Notes: generated from the letters alone by a model not told the origin. 57,533 bases of DNA, filler included, from Squatina squatina (GCA_031763465.1; 3 parts of 3 records of this genome joined end to end with filler, not necessarily neighbours in it), one strand, 5' to 3'. Numbered from the whole stretch's first letter, positions 13,126 through 27,380 are shown. Translations and numbers: made by a program.

Positions 13126-13521
13126 GATGGGATATTTAAGTTGTACAAGTAGCACTGAGATTGCTTATGCAATTGGTCAGACACATTGCAAACAAAAATG
13201 TAACATTAACTTTAAGCGTGCTGAAAACACAATTGGGCAGTTAGAACAGAAAGACAAATGTCAGTGGGCCAGTGGGCCAAATGGCCTATTCGTGCCCTTG
13301 AATTCGATTTCTAACAAAGACTGAAAAAATGTGGGACATAATTATACAACAAATAGGGTTGAACTAGCATGGAGATTTAGAAAAGCACCTGGGAATAATT
13401 TCAACATCCAGCCAATAAACCATAGCAATTAAAAACAGCAAATCCCAAGTGCAAAAAGAATGAGCTTTGAGGAATCAATGGGAAACCTTACCCTTAGTAT
13501 CAGGCGAGCTCAGTTAATACA

Positions 13522-13700
13522 GACTGACACTTCAGTGTAGTACTAAGGGAGTGCTGCATTGTTAGGGGTGCCGGCTTTCAGATGCTATGTTAAACGTAGG
13601 CCTCATTTTCTTGTTCACTTGGATGTAAAATATAAAAGGATAGAAGCAGGACGTTCTCCTGTTGCCCTGTCTAATACTTAACCTTCAAATACCACATAAA
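13522..13700 (+). mobile_element. Deu-SINE internal fragment
   Basis: ctgacacttcagtgtagtactaagggagtgctgcattgtt matches the family. Confidence 0.7.
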
Positions 13701-13904
13701 TGGGACATTTCTTGGCTACCATTCTAAGCACTACATCACTGAAAAGGTCTACCTGATCACATTTGGAATCCAATAACTAATGGCCTGTACAACACTAATT
13801 GCTGTACTTTTATGCCATCTCTTTTCAGTAACATTGCAATGGGGCGGTTGAAACAAAGCCCCAAGTTTTACACAATGGCAAGCCATTTCTGTAGCCAGAC
13901 TCAC

Positions 13905-13977
13905 CTGATTCAGGTTTGTTCAAATCATAAATACGCAAAACTTTATCTTGTCCGCCAGTCAGCAAGTTGTTGCTATC
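13905..13977 (-). CDS. STRAP: STRAP internal exon, 73 nt
   Basis: ttcttcag|...|gtgagt; DSNNLLTGGQDKVLRIYDLNKPES; follows an 83-nt intron in phase 0. Confidence 0.95.
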
Positions 13978-14060
13978 CTGAAGAAAAAAAAACTCAGGTC
14001 AATAAAAAGGTATTAAAAATCATGGGCAGAAATACAAACTGAATTAGAAATAGATTTTAC

Positions 14061-14142
14061 CTGAGTGAAGTCCACAGTTTTGACAATATGTTTATGGGCT
14101 AAAGTGATCATTTCATCACCTGTCACAGCATCCCACACCTTG
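14061..14142 (-). CDS. STRAP: STRAP internal exon, 82 nt
   Basis: cctcag|...|gtaaaa; KVWDAVTGDEMITLAHKHIVKTVDFTQ; phase 2 start matches the previous exon. Confidence 0.95.
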
Positions 14143-14937
14143 CTGAGGAAAAATAAATGGACAAACTCTTGTGAAATAACTCAGCCATGTGAAAAATGTA
14201 TGACCGCTGAAACACTTCAGTTTTCCTGCTCACCAACTACCACACAAGTTTAATTCCAGTCTTGACTGACATTTATACATGCTTCATCCAGCCTACCAAG
14301 CTATTGAAAGTGGCTAAGTTATTAGGAGTCTCCAGTGAAGGTGAGTTCATCGCTGTGAGTCACATAAGTGCATCACAAGGAACCATGGGAGTCACAATTC
14401 AAGTTTACATCGACACCCTGTTAACTTGTGTACCTCTTCAATTGCAGATACTAACAGATCTTGTTTTTGATTTAGGATTGTCCATTAAAGAGGCAATAGC
14501 TTTACAAACAGCCCTTCCACATCTCCAGGCTCAAGGTACGAACAGAACAAAGCAATGAGTGCAAATAGAATGGAGCTGCCAGGGATTTGTTGGACAAATG
14601 GCCTGGGGGGAGCAGCCATATGGCCCACGGAATGTCATTTGCACACCTCTAGCCAATACAGAACTGCTTTTTAAAAAAGCAATTAGACTTAAGCAACCCA
14701 TATGGCTAGGCACAGACAACGTTAGGTGCCATACTTGGATCAGAGTGCATGGAAAGAAAATTTCTCCATTTGGCTGAACTTTCCCTTTTCTATGCAGTAG
14801 AGTTTTTTTTTTAAAAAGCCACATCAGCAACCACTTTTTGATCTCATAGCAATAAACTCGTTGGCTAATAAGGTTATTAATTCTCTTTGGTGACACGATA
14901 TCTATACCACCACTATATACAAGAGAGAAGTACTCAC

Positions 14938-15073
14938 GCTGAAAAATCTGCTGCTGCGGTTGCTGCCCTATTGGCCTCTTTATTTAATGTGGCTCCCCAG
15001 ACAGCACCTTTGTGACCCAGAAACGTCCCAATCCAGTCCCCTGTGTCACCCTGGCGCATCATGGGCTTGCCAT
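14938..15073 (-). CDS. STRAP: STRAP (WD40 serine/threonine kinase receptor-associated protein) internal exon, 136 nt
   Basis: ccacag|...|gtgagt; reads (D)[44 protein letters not shown](A), near-identical to recalled vertebrate STRAP; not in the ORF track. Confidence 0.95.
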
Positions 15074-15967
15074 CTGTGGATACCAAACATTAAAATGAAT
15101 TGCAATGACAGAAATTATACAACTTGCATTTAAATAGCACCTTTAATGCAGTAAAATGTTCCACTTAAACACCATCATGTTTGCTTTATGACATGGGTCA
15201 ATGTAGGCCCGGCCTGTTGAATCGTCAGGCATCCATTTTAGAGGAGTGAGGTGCATGCTGGGAGCAGAACCTCGCCCGTAATTGTGAATTCAATGTGGGA
15301 TCTCATTTTAATAATTTGACTATACATATGTGGACTTGATTTGCCTGTAGCACTTAACTCTTCATTCCCTTCAAAAATCACACCTTTCCAAATCGGATGC
15401 GAGTTCAGGGCACAATTTTGTGATTGCCACCTGCCACCAGAAAAACTCGTGCCACTCGTATAATTTGGACAATATAATCAGTCATACTAAAATAGGGGGC
15501 AAGTTTCTATTTTAATGCAGGTACAAGAAACAAAACACAAACTAGTTTCACTCTCCAAATAACTGCATGCTGAAATAATTTAGAAAGTTTTTAAGAAATA
15601 CAGCTACTTATTGCACATCATTAACATTACAATGTGCTTTCACTTAATAAGAAATGATGAGTTACATATTTTGGGTTAAGTGAGAAGACGAACTTTCAAT
15701 TGCATCACAGTCTTGATGACCACAGTACTTCAAATAAATGGAATACTGTTTAAAACTAATTCCAGAACTTTTCAGTAATATAGTACTCACATAAAGTGGA
15801 TTGTGATCTTGAATTTGCACTGTGGAAATATGAAATGGATAAATCATATTCAGAAATAAACATCTAATTTCACACTAACATAGAAAATAGGAGCAGGCCA
15901 TTCGGCCCTTCAAGCCTGCTCCACCATTCAATACGATCATGGCTGATCATCCAAATTCAGTAATTTA

Positions 15968-16756
15968 AACAGAATGCTGGAAAAATCTCAGCAGGTCAGG
16001 CAGCATCTGTGGAGAGAGAAACAGAGTTAACGTTTCAGGTCGAAGACCCTTCGTCAGAATTGGGAAAAGTAAGAAATGTAGCAGGTTTTTTATGAAATAC
16101 ATGGGCAGGGAAAGGGGTGAGGGGAGGATGAGAGAAAAAGGGAAGGTCTATGATAAGGTGGAGGGCAGGAGATACTGAGAGACGGTAAGAGATGGTGCAC
16201 GACAAAAGAAGGTAATAATGCGCAAGATAAGGTACAAAAGGCAGGTCTGGATGGGATGTAAATTGGGAATCAACAACTGCCGTGGGTGGGGGCAGGGGGG
16301 TGGAGGTGAGGGTAAGTGGGGAGGGAAAAGCAGAACAGGAAATTAACTAAATAAACACAAAAATAAAAGGAGCCAAGATTATGGTTTGAAACTGTTGAAT
16401 TCGATGTTGAGTCCAGAAGGCTGTAAAGTGCCTACATTAAAGATGAGGCGCTGTTCCTCGATCTAACGTTGAGCTTCATTGGAACAATGTAATAGGCCAA
16501 GTACACAGAGTTCCAAATGGGAATGGAGAGGAAAATTAAAGTGACAGGCGACCGGAAACTCAGGGGCACGCATATGGCCTGAGCAGAGCTGTTCCACAAA
16601 GCGGTCACCCAATCTGCATTTGGTCTCCCCAATGTAGAGGAGACCACATCATGAACAGTGAATACAATATACTAAATTGAAAGAAGTACAAGTAAATCGC
16701 TGTCTCACCTGGAAGGAGTGACTGGGGTCCAGGACAGTGGGGAGGGAGGACGTAAA
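15968..16756 (-). mobile_element. Penelope-like retroelement 3' portion with GIY-YIG endonuclease remnant
   Basis: FQVRQRFTCTSFNLVYCIHCS*CGLLYIGETKCRLGDRF (VY-YIG motif), followed by a terminal repeat carrying a hammerhead core. Confidence 0.9.
16025..16062 (-). ncRNA. Minimal type I hammerhead ribozyme motif of the Penelope element
   Basis: Minus strand CAATT-CTGACGA-AGGGTCTTCGACCT-GAAA-CGTT-AACT: CUGANGA and GAAA boxes, stem II, palindromic AACGTT stem III. Confidence 0.7.
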
Positions 16757-16899
16757 NNNNNNNNNNNNNNNNNNNNNNNNNNNNNNNNNNNNNNNNNNNN
16801 NNNNNNNNNNNNNNNNNNNNNNNNNNNNNNNNNNNNNNNNNNNNNNNNNNNNNNNNGGAATATGGGAAGAAATGTGATTTGGCCATTTAGGGCTGTAAC

Positions 16900-17075
16900 A
16901 TTGTTGGGGTGAAATGTATACATACGGGAGGCTGGAGGAAGGAATTGCTGCCCATGAACCATGTTTCAGTCCAAGCCAGGATATTGAATTCATTCATGAT
17001 CAGGTTGTGGATAACAAGGGACTTGTTTGAGAGGGCACAACTATTCTGGAAGGCAATATGGAGTGGGATATTGAT
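16900..17075 (-). mobile_element. L2-type LINE AP-endonuclease fragment
   Basis: LHIAFQNSCALSNKSLVIHNLIMNEFNILAWTETWF resembles the endonuclease N-terminus (xLTETW motif). Confidence 0.65.
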
Positions 17076-18309
17076 GGTTGATCCACTGGTTGGGTCACAG
17101 GGTTGGTCAAACTGTATGCTCGATGTATTATAATTCTTGTGCTTTGTGCTACAGGTGGCAGTCGTGGAGGTCTGTTTCATCACTTCTCTCCATTCCTTCT
17201 GTTATCTGGAAGCTTAGGTTTTGCTCTCAGACTCCTTCAGGGTTTTTGCCTTGTATCTTAATCTAGAGGCAAATGTGTTCCAGTGGTAATATGTACTATT
17301 TTTATTCCTTTTGTGGCCAGGTTTTGGTCCCCCCCCCCCTTTTAAATAGGTTGTATCTCCCTGTTGCAGTGATTGAGAAGATGATTGTTGTGGTACGGCA
17401 ATAAAACAGCATTGTGAACGATAATATAAACTGAGGTAAAACAAATAGAACAAAGGAAAAACAATGTGAAACAAAATTGAATGAGTCCTGAATTTTTGGA
17501 AAGTGGACAAGATGATTCTTGATCTTGGCTCTTTTGTTTTTAATATAAAAGCCATTTACAGGCTTGGTTTAACCTATGAGCTTCATGGCAAGCCCAGCAG
17601 GTCAAGTCTTGGTGCCTTTAATTAGAAAATTCCTGATTGGTCCGCAGAGAACAATTGTACAGTCGCAATGGGACTTTTGTCTTGATACTTGAAAACTGTT
17701 ATTGATGCGTATTTGATTTCCTATCTGNNNNNNNNNNNNNNNNNNNNNNNNNNNNNNNNNNNNNNNNNNNNNNNNNNNNNNNNNNNNNNNNNNNNNNNNN
17801 NNNNNNNNNNNNNNNNNNNNNNNNNNNTATATTCTTTCAGGTTTAGTAATTTCATGTATGATGGATCAATTTGAAACCAATTCAGAAAATGCTGGAAGCA
17901 GTATCTGTGATCTGCTTGTTAATGTGTGTGGTATTTAATTAAAATAGACCTCAAGACTCTGATCTCTTCATATGGATTGTGTACATTTCAATATATACAT
18001 GTTTTTGATGCGTGCGATTTAATCTGGTTTAACATTATCAAAAATAAGATTTGAAGCTCAAAGATTAACTCCTTTAATGAAAATCATACTGCCTTTGATT
18101 CACAGTGTACGAGCAATAGTGACTTCCTTAAAGGTAAATTTGCATTTGGTACTAAGATTCAAACGCAGATTCTGTTTGCAAAAGTATCAATGAAGGATTC
18201 AATTGTGAAATAAGGCAATGCTGTGTGGTCTGGTTACATTTTATAACTGAAATACTGCAAAATTGATATGTGATAAATTTATAAGATGTAATTTCTGTCT
18301 TGAAAACAG

Positions 18310-18471
18310 CACCTTGCAACTTTTGTTGTGGATCGGAAGGATGCGATGATAACAGTGGATGATGGTCTAAGAAAACTAAAACTGCTTGATGCAAAAGGCA
18401 AAGTCTGGACACAGGATATGTTACTGCAGGTGGATGAGAAAGCGGTCAGCTTGATTGATCTGGAGAGCAAA
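18310..18471 (+). CDS. EPS8: EPS8 PTB-domain exon, 162 nt
   Basis: aacag|...|gtaagt; HLATFVVDRKDAMITVDDGLRKLKLLDAKGKVWTQDMLLQVDEKAVSLIDLESK. Confidence 0.95.
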
Positions 18472-19544
18472 GTAAGTCTAAAGTTTTGGACAGTTTCACA
18501 GCAAATTATGTATCAGCTGAGTTTAGATCTAGTAAAATGGTGTTTACCCATTTGAGTGGCGCTAAATATGCAGAGTGTATAGAAACTTATGTAACAAGTT
18601 ATGTTATATCTGTAGTGCGTTTGGTTAGTTTTGATTGTGCAAACTTAATTGGTCAAAGGAGACCAGTTAATTCAGTACAGACCAGGGATCACGACATGTT
18701 GACTCAGTACTAGAATGTGGTGCATTTGTCAACTGAGCCATCAAAGCAGTTAAGGGACACGCAGTTGAAATTGCACAGGTGTAGAATCCTTGTCTAAAAC
18801 ACGCAATTACAACATTTATTTGGAATACATTACAGATTGCCCTTTAGCTGAATGACATTTGTTAGCATTTGTTCAGAAAGTATTAAATGATGCCAGCAAA
18901 TTGTGATGCAAATGTCATTTAATTTTGTAACAGTTGATTAAGTTGTCAACAGCACGCATCAGTGTTAATTTAAATTTAATGCAAATTTGCTGCCTATCAA
19001 AATAATTTCACTATTTCTTGAGCATGTTGGTTGACAAAAGCTTGATTTCTATACAAGTCCATACCACAGTATATATCACCATCTATAGGGCATTTGAGTG
19101 TTTGCATGCATGTGTTTAGCATTTGCTGAAATCACTTTTACTTGCACAATAAAATCTCACCAAATCAACTGGATTTGAACAAGGAATGAATCTTGTGTGC
19201 TCTGGCATGAAATGTCGATGCTCATTTAAAAGAATAGGTGTAATTGTGTTTTTTGGTTGGTTACAAAATGCAGATAAATGATTTCCAGTAAATGAAAACT
19301 TCAGTTTGGCATACTCAAGAATTTAGGCATTTATAAATAACAGTTTTGCAAGTAGATGTATAATTAGCATCTTGCTGTCCCTTGATTCAGTGATGAAATA
19401 TTCATGAGGTCCATCAAGAGGAATGCATTACTATGTAAGCAGTGGGGGTTTTTGGTTGAATATTTTTAACTGGATGCTGTCATCCTGTGATGTGTCCAAG
19501 ACCCGACAGTTTAGCTATTTAACCATACATATTACAGCACATTA

Positions 19545-19865
19545 CATCGCTGATGATTGCCGTGTTCAGTTCCATTTGTAACTCCTCAGAAAACGAAGCA
19601 GCCTGCAGCAAAACCTGGACGACCAAGCCAACCAGGCTTGGGCTGATAAGTGACGAGTAACATTCGCGCCACAAAAGTGCCAGGCAATGACTATCTCCAA
19701 CACGCGAGAGTCTAACCACCACCCCTTGATATTCAACGGCATTAACATCGCTGAATTCCCCACCATCAACATGCTGGGGGTTAACATTGACCAGAAACTT
19801 AACTGGACCAGTCACATAAAAACTGTGGCTACAAGAGCAGGTCAGAGGTTGGTATTCTGCGGCGA
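19545..19865 (+). mobile_element. CR1/L2-group LINE reverse-transcriptase C-terminal fragment
   Basis: ADD...AWADK*RVTFAPQKCQAMTISNTRESNHHPLIFNG...MLGVNIDQKLNWTSHIKTVATRAGQRL. Confidence 0.85.
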
Positions 19866-20592
19866 NNNNNNNNNNNNNNNNNNNNNNNNNNNNNNNNNNN
19901 NNNNNNNNNNNNNNNNNNNNNNNNNNNNNNNNNNNNNNNNNNNNNNNNNNNNNNNNNNNNNNNNNTACAAAGACACATGGATATTAATCATTAAGTAGTA
20001 TCCTTGGTCATCTATTTGGACTTCCTTTTAACAGTAAGCTATCTCTCTCTTTTTTCTGGTTTAAAAAAATTTGTCCAGCTAACCTGTAATGTAAAACTGT
20101 GGTCTGATTAAATGTTCAAGAGATACACACAGTGTACCTCAATGAGCAGAATATCATGTAACCTGTTCAAATTTCAAGGTGAGTGCTTGACACTGTTTTC
20201 TTTTGTCTGCCAATTTGTGCCTATATAGTCAATCCATATACTAGTGGGATTGATGAGCTGTGTTGAGATGACAGGGAATATTGTGTGTTTGAATCCTGCC
20301 ATTCTGAAAGATTAAGGATGAATTGCATTTAAAATTGAACACCAGATAATGTAAGTAACACAACAAAGGCACATGGATGTGGTAAGAGTTTGAGTATAAC
20401 TCAATTTTTTTTTTTTAAGTTCTGATTGCAGATAATATTTTCGTGATGCTAGATGATCCTTTTCAATAAGAGTGTTAACGTTGTGCTTCCTTGAACTTAA
20501 ACTGTTGTTATATTATTGTAAGGTACTGATAGACTTCCGTAGTGTAACTTATTTTAACCTAAAGAATACTAATTTTTTTTTTTTAATTATAG

Positions 20593-20732
20593 AATGATTA
20601 CAAATACAGATAATTCCTCCATCCCTCCACCTCCAAGTGCCCCGGCTCCTGTTCCTCCAGGAACTGTTACACAGGTGGATGTTAGGAGCCGAGTAGCAGC
20701 CTGGTCAGCTTGGGCTTTACCTGTTGAACAAG
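20593..20732 (+). CDS. EPS8: EPS8 proline-rich exon, 140 nt
   Basis: poly-T tract, tatag|...|gtaata; MITNTDNSSIPPPPSAPAPVPPGTVTQVDVRSRVAAWSAWALPVEQ. Confidence 0.93.
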
Positions 20733-23700
20733 GTAATAGGTTTTCATGTGCACATTTTGTTATCTTCTGGGATATATCATATTTTGTGGCAACATTCACT
20801 CTACATTGCACCCCTAACAGCAACCCAGTCCATTTGTCTGTCCATGCTCATTATCCTGACCATATTTGGCACATTGTAAGGTTAAAAGAATTCAAAAAGA
20901 CAAAATTACAAACATGCTACGTGCTGGAACAGGAAGGACGTAATAAACATTTGATTTATTTCTCTGGACTATGTTCTCTGTTCAATAATGTTGTATTGGT
21001 CAGTTCAGTAATACCTTACAGTACTTTGTTTTGCTCCAGCAGTTCAATTAGCTGGCAATACCCACCTATCTGACCTGATTAGCCTATACTTGTGTGTGCC
21101 AGGATAGTGAGCATGGACAGACTAATGGACTGGGATGCTGTTCGAGGTGCAATGTTGAATTTTCAACTTGTGCTGCACCTAACTTGAGGATTAATACTGA
21201 TATGATGAAAAATCTAGCATGTTAATCTCTCACCTTGAGCAAAAAGTGCAGCCAATCTTCAGTAACCTTGTGTAACCTTTCCACAGACATGCTACACTGC
21301 TGATGGTGTTTCAGAGCCATCACTCTATGCTGTATAGATACATTGGGTGCATATGTATCCTTGTGTTGAGATAACTGGTACAGTCTATACCTGTTAATTC
21401 AAAGCCAATATTTGCTTGAAAAAAATTGAATTAAGCAACTTCAATAAAACAGGTTTTATTTTGCACAATTTTAGTTTGAATTAACAGATAATTCAAATTA
21501 AGTAAGTCCTACTTAAGAGTCGTAGACTGTCAACATTCAAATTATTTAATAAAAGTGGAATGACATGGAGGAAACCTATACTGTCAGTCGTACCCTAGTA
21601 AAGAATTACAAAACATCTCTTATGTACTGCTTGGAGATTAGCAAAGTGAGGCAGTGCTTTCGAGAACAATTTTATTTTGATGTTTTCTAAACAAATTATG
21701 CAGATCCTCCATTGATGTGATCTTCCCTAATATACACACTAAAAACTTAATCTCATCAACGTTGTGTGATCTCAGACTAAAGTTTAATTTTCCTGGTTAC
21801 AAATCCAATCACTCATATGGTGAAAATCATTCTTTTCAATAGGTAATGCTGAGTGTGTGTGACTGGCTTTTCACTTCAGGGACCTAGGTTCAAATTCAGC
21901 CCACATTGCTGTGATGACCGTCTCCTCTGCCCATAAAAATTCCATGTAGTTCCAAGAAAATCTGGAACAAAGCTGTTCAAAGGATTAAGGTATAATACTG
22001 NNNNNNNNNNNNNNNNNNNNNNNNNNNNNNNNNNNNNNNNNNNNNNNNNNNNNNNNNNNNNNNNNNNNNNNNNNNNNNNNNNNNNNNNNNNNNNNNNNNN
22101 TAGGATAATTATTCCACCTATTATGGGCCCAGGCATTGTCTATCAGATGGCACTGGTGTGAGGCCTAGACCTGTAACATACAGCTTTGGTTAGCAACAGG
22201 GCTTAAAACAGGAGAAGATGGAGCTAATTAGTTTGTTAAAAGTAATATCTTCTCTACAGCTTCCCTTGAAGGATTAATTTAGCAGTCACACAAGTCCAGT
22301 CTTGTAAATACTGTATTATGTATTTTTTTCTCAAATACAGTAATGTTGCCCTGTTTCCACCTCTTGCCTATTTCTAATAATTGATCCATGAAAAGAAAAC
22401 TTTAACTAGAGGTTTGGTTCAAATTCATCCAGATTACTGGAATAGTTTAGCAACATGTGGCGCTACTGCTATTAATGCTACTGTTGCGTACTTTGCAAGT
22501 AGTCTGTAATGACTGAATGCAGCTGTGTAGTATTGAGCAGACATGTGCAGTTTGGTTCAAGATAAACATTCTAATGGTACTATGATGTGGATTTGTAAGA
22601 CCAGAATACACTTTGTCCTAACTGTACCAAACCGCTCTTCACATAGCACATCTGTGTCTCCAAGTACATTAGGTACCTGCTTTCGAACCTGGAACTGCAG
22701 CATGGTGTGTTACCTACATTTCCATATCTGAATATTTGCTGTGCATGTTCTGATGTTGGATAATTTATGAGCAAACACGATGAAACGTTTCTATTTGAAG
22801 TTTCCCCTCCATCATTGTTGGCATGTGAACTAGAGTGGTTTCTCATTACTTACATGTTTGCATTTATCTTCACTTCATGCCTTTGTTTTGTTTTGGTTCT
22901 CATTGGCTTCAAACACTTGCTGACAGCAATTACTTGGAGAACTATCTGAGGTAATTTGTATGTTCTGCTTGTGCTCATGGCATTCAAGAATGGGATTGTG
23001 TTCTGAAGGGTGATCCTCCGTCTGTTTCAATATTTGTGAAAATGTTAGCAAACATAGTTTCATTTGAATTTTAACAGTTAAGTGTGTACACTAATCTTTT
23101 CTGCCAGTGATTAACTTCTTTTAATCCTGACTATCTTTGGCACACAGCTAACTCAGCTGCTAAATAACTTTTGTTCATTTTAGGCAGCAATTTGAATTGG
23201 GTTCTGTATTTTTAGATCTTTTGTGATGTTGGGNNNNNNNNNNNNNNNNNNNNNNNNNNNNNNNNNNNNNNNNNNNNNNNNNNNNNNNNNNNNNNNNNNN
23301 NNNNNNNNNNNNNNNNNNNNNNNNNNNNNNNNNACTGTAATTTTATGAAAACATGCTGAACTGAAGAATGTTGTACATTTGAGAACTTAAATCCATTTAG
23401 GAGGATTTGATATTGTATTTGTATAGTTTCATGGTGCCTTTTTCCATACAATTCAGCTATAATTCTGAAATAAATAGTATTTACTGCTACACATCTTGCT
23501 GTTCATCTTTAATTAGACAAGTTGATCTCCCACAGTGACCCTTTAAAACATTTTTAAATGCTTTTCTGCATGTGTCCCAATCTAATTCTTTCTGCCTCTT
23601 TGTTTGTCTTCCATTCTCTGGATCACGTTTTTATTGTGTCTCTTGGTTTGTTTGACTTGTGCTTCTTTATTTCTCCCTGTTCATGTAAGTCTCGTTCCAT

Positions 23701-24772
23701 CTGTTAGCTCTTTCTTTATGCCTTTCACATTTGACTTTACCGACTTCTTAAGATGGATTTGGGATTGAAGTACTGAGTGGAGAACCCCAAGGCTCAGTAC
23801 TGGGGCCACTACTGTTTGTAATTTATATCAGTAACTAGGACCCTGATCTTATCTCTGAGACGAGTTGTGAGTGGGGGGAGAACTTTGCAGTTGGGGAACT
23901 GGAAGAGTGGTTTCCCCTCAGGTCCTGCCATTTTTCATCTTGGTTTCCCAGCTGCAGCCAGCCAGATTAAGAAGCTGGCTGGCCTTCGGGTAGGTAAGTC
24001 TTCGGCACCGGATCGCAGTTGGGGAGCGGAGAAGAGGGAGGGAGGGATCAGAAGACTGCTGGGAGGATTGGTGACCAGAGGTGAGATGGGAACATTGGGG
24101 CCCAGAGTATAGGGGAGATGAGGGGTCAGACGCGAGATCGGAAGGGGAAGCTTGGGCGGGNNNNNNNNNNNNNNNNNNNNNNNNNNNNNNNNNNNNNNNN
24201 NNNNNNNNNNNNNNNNNNNNNNNNNNNNNNNNNNNNNNNNNNNNNNNNNNNNNNNNNNNNATATTAAACCCTAGAAATGTCTTTGATCCACTTGATTTGC
24301 AAGACTATTTCAACTTTCCCTTCCATTCAAGGTGGAATTATGCCATATCATTACTGCCTTCTCCTCCCTAGCAACATTTTCCTTCAGAACTGATGCCAGT
24401 CACAAAATTATGGCTGATGGACTCATTCACCTCTGGTTGAGATTCAAGCATTCAGCCTGCCTCTTGATCCAATGTGCCCTCAAGATCAGTTTATAAATAG
24501 TTCAAAGATGATCAAGTAGATTCAGTTAGGAGGAAAACTTTGTTAACAGTTATTTACTTGAAGGTTATGTATATACATCAGTAAAAATTCTCTTATCTTT
24601 GTGATTTTGGGAATTGCCAGGATAATTTCATGCTTTCTCTGTGCTTATTACAGTTGTCTTTGCTACGCCCTATTATTCTGTCACTGTCTGCTCCATAACT
24701 TTGATAAACACAAATTTGGCTTATCTGTGACACTTCAATATACAATGTTGATCATAATTTCTCAAGTATTTA

Positions 24773-25135
<363 letters not shown>

Positions 25136-25611
25136 NNNNNNNNNNNNNNNNNNNNNNNNNNNNNNNNNNNNNNNNNNNNNNNNNNNNNNNNNNNNNNNNN
25201 NNNNNNNNNNNNNNNNNNNNNNNNNNNNNNNNNNNATGATGACTGTCCTGACATACAAGATACGTTAGTATTTAATGCCATTACAATATAAAATAACTAA
25301 TGCAGCAGCATTAGTCATTAATAAATCTTGCAACGTAGGCACATTAGCTCCTAATAATGCATTTGCATTAGTTACTAATTTATTTTTTAATGCAGTGACA
25401 CTAGTTATTAATATATCTTAGGTGTCCTAATTATTAATATATATTATATATTAGTTACTGATGAACTAATCAGAGACCTGAAAATGATTGTTATCACCCA
25501 TTAAAGGTGAAAACACTGTGATCTGGCTATAGGGAAAGCAGATAGGATTTGAGGTTGTATAGTAAGGACAAGAGTATAACATTTACTATATGAGAATCAG
25601 ATTTTGTTTCA

Positions 25612-25940
25612 TCATTCTTCAGGATGTGGGTGTCACTGGCAAGGCTGGTGTCCTAAGTTGTCCTTGAGGTGGTGATGGTGGGCCACCTTCTTGAACTGTT
25701 GCACTCCACGTGGTGAAGGTGCTCCCACAATGCTATTAGGTAGGGAATTCCAGGATTTTGACCCAGCAACAATGAAGGAACGCTGATATTAATCCACGTC
25801 GGGATGGTGTGTGACTTGGATGTGGTGGCCTTCCCATGCACCTGCTGCCCTTGTCCTTCTAAGTATTGGAGGCCGCATGTTTGGGAGCTGCTGCCGAAGA
25901 TGCCATGGCAACTTGCTGCAGTGCGTCATGCAGATAGTAC
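25612..25940 (-). mobile_element. CR1/L2-group LINE 3' end
   Basis: Recalled shark LINE 3' sequence (gggtcaaaatcctggaattcccta...aaggtggcccaccatcaccacctcaagg); related tail at about 2255-2335. Confidence 0.7.
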
Positions 25941-25954
25941 ACAGTGTAGACGCA

Positions 25955-26053
25955 ATACACCCTCACTTGGAGCATTGTGTCCAGTTTTGCTCACCGCACA
26001 TTATGAAGGATATTGTGGTTCTCTAAAATGTGCAGAGGGGTGTGATCAAAATG
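25955..26053 (+). mobile_element. CR1 ORF2 fragment
   Basis: HPHLEHCVQFCSPHIMKDIVVL*NVQRGVIKM resembles CR1 RPHLEYCVQFWSP...VQRRFTRM. Confidence 0.75.
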
Positions 26054-27244
26054 NNNNNNNNNNNNNNNNNNNNNNNNNNNNNNNNNNNNNNNNNNNNNNN
26101 NNNNNNNNNNNNNNNNNNNNNNNNNNNNNNNNNNNNNNNNNNNNNNNNNNNNNTCTGTTACTGCTAGCAGGGGCATTCTGCTCCCTAGCTAAGCACAACC
26201 TTGATGAAAGTAAAGTGTTTGGAAAGTGCTTTCAAGCTTGTTGCAAACACACTCTGCAGTGATGTGAATTATGCCAAAACACCTCACTTGTGCATGACAT
26301 TGTGAGAAAAAAATTACAAAGTTCTCCCTCCCCAAGACTGGCATATATTGTCTAGTGCTAGTTGCCCTGAGAAGGTGGCAGTGGGCCGTCGTCTTCTGAG
26401 TTTGAGGAGCCACAGTTTTCTCTATCCTCTTCACCCTTCAATTGGATCACCTTGTACTAAAATAAAGGAAAATAACTCCTTACTTTCATCTTACCTTTAA
26501 ACCATGTTTTGGATTCGTCTGTCCCCTTGTGTATTGCACAATTGTATGACATCAGAGGAGAGGCAGACAACCTGCCCATCCTACTCTTGAAGCAACTGTC
26601 AGGAGGTGAAGCATGGCCTGGTTGATAAATCTTTTGATTTTATCTTGGGTCTATGGGGAAACGCCTTGCCCTTTATTGAGCAGCATAGTGAGTTAAGGGT
26701 ACAAAAGACAGCTCAACTAACTTGTGCTTGCCATTCACTACATCAGCTTCCTCAGGCAGATTGTTCCAGTTGACACCCTAACCTGTGCCCTTACTGTGTC
26801 ACTGATCAGTCTCAAACCATCAAATGGAATACACTAAAAACATTATAATACAATGATCTATTGCAGAACGCTGCATGGAATGCATCAAACTGTGCGCTGT
26901 AGCCCTAGGAAAACTGACTTAGATCAAGAACTCAGCTTGTGTAGAAGTCACAAGCACAAGGCTAACCTATGCTGCAGTTCATATATGCATTAACTAGCTG
27001 ATGTAAACACTTCCTTGGAATGCTCCATCTGTCGCCCTGGATGAAATCTTAAAAGTAACATTCCTCCAACTAATACAAGCAAGTTTGAGTAACAGAGAAC
27101 CTGTCTTCAAGTTGGGAGTCAAGCTCTAAACTGCATGAGTTACTATTGCCCAATAAGCTCCACATTTGTAACTAAAACCTAATGCACGTCTTTTATCGGT
27201 GGCAGTTCCTGACCAGATGGAATGCTAGCATTTACACAGAGTAC

Positions 27245-27380
27245 CTGTTGTTGAGACAATGATGAAAACTGGAGCACTGTAACGTTCATAACTGACACTG
27301 GTCACGCTGCAGTTGTAGGAGGTCGATGGCACGAGATTGGCGAGTGTAACAATGGGCGAGTATACTGTGGCCTCTTCTTT
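27245..27380 (-). CDS. PTPRO: PTPRO membrane-proximal FN3 exon, 136 nt
   Basis: cttcctctcag|...|gtactc; KEEATVYSPIVTLANLVPSTSYNCSVTSVSYERYSAPVFIIVSTT. Confidence 0.88.

Noticed and set aside
26495-26518. Possible PTPRO juxtamembrane micro-exon TNPKHGLK with donor gtaaga
   Set aside because: No polypyrimidine tract, and the boundaries do not fit the recalled SKNGLKKRKLTN exon
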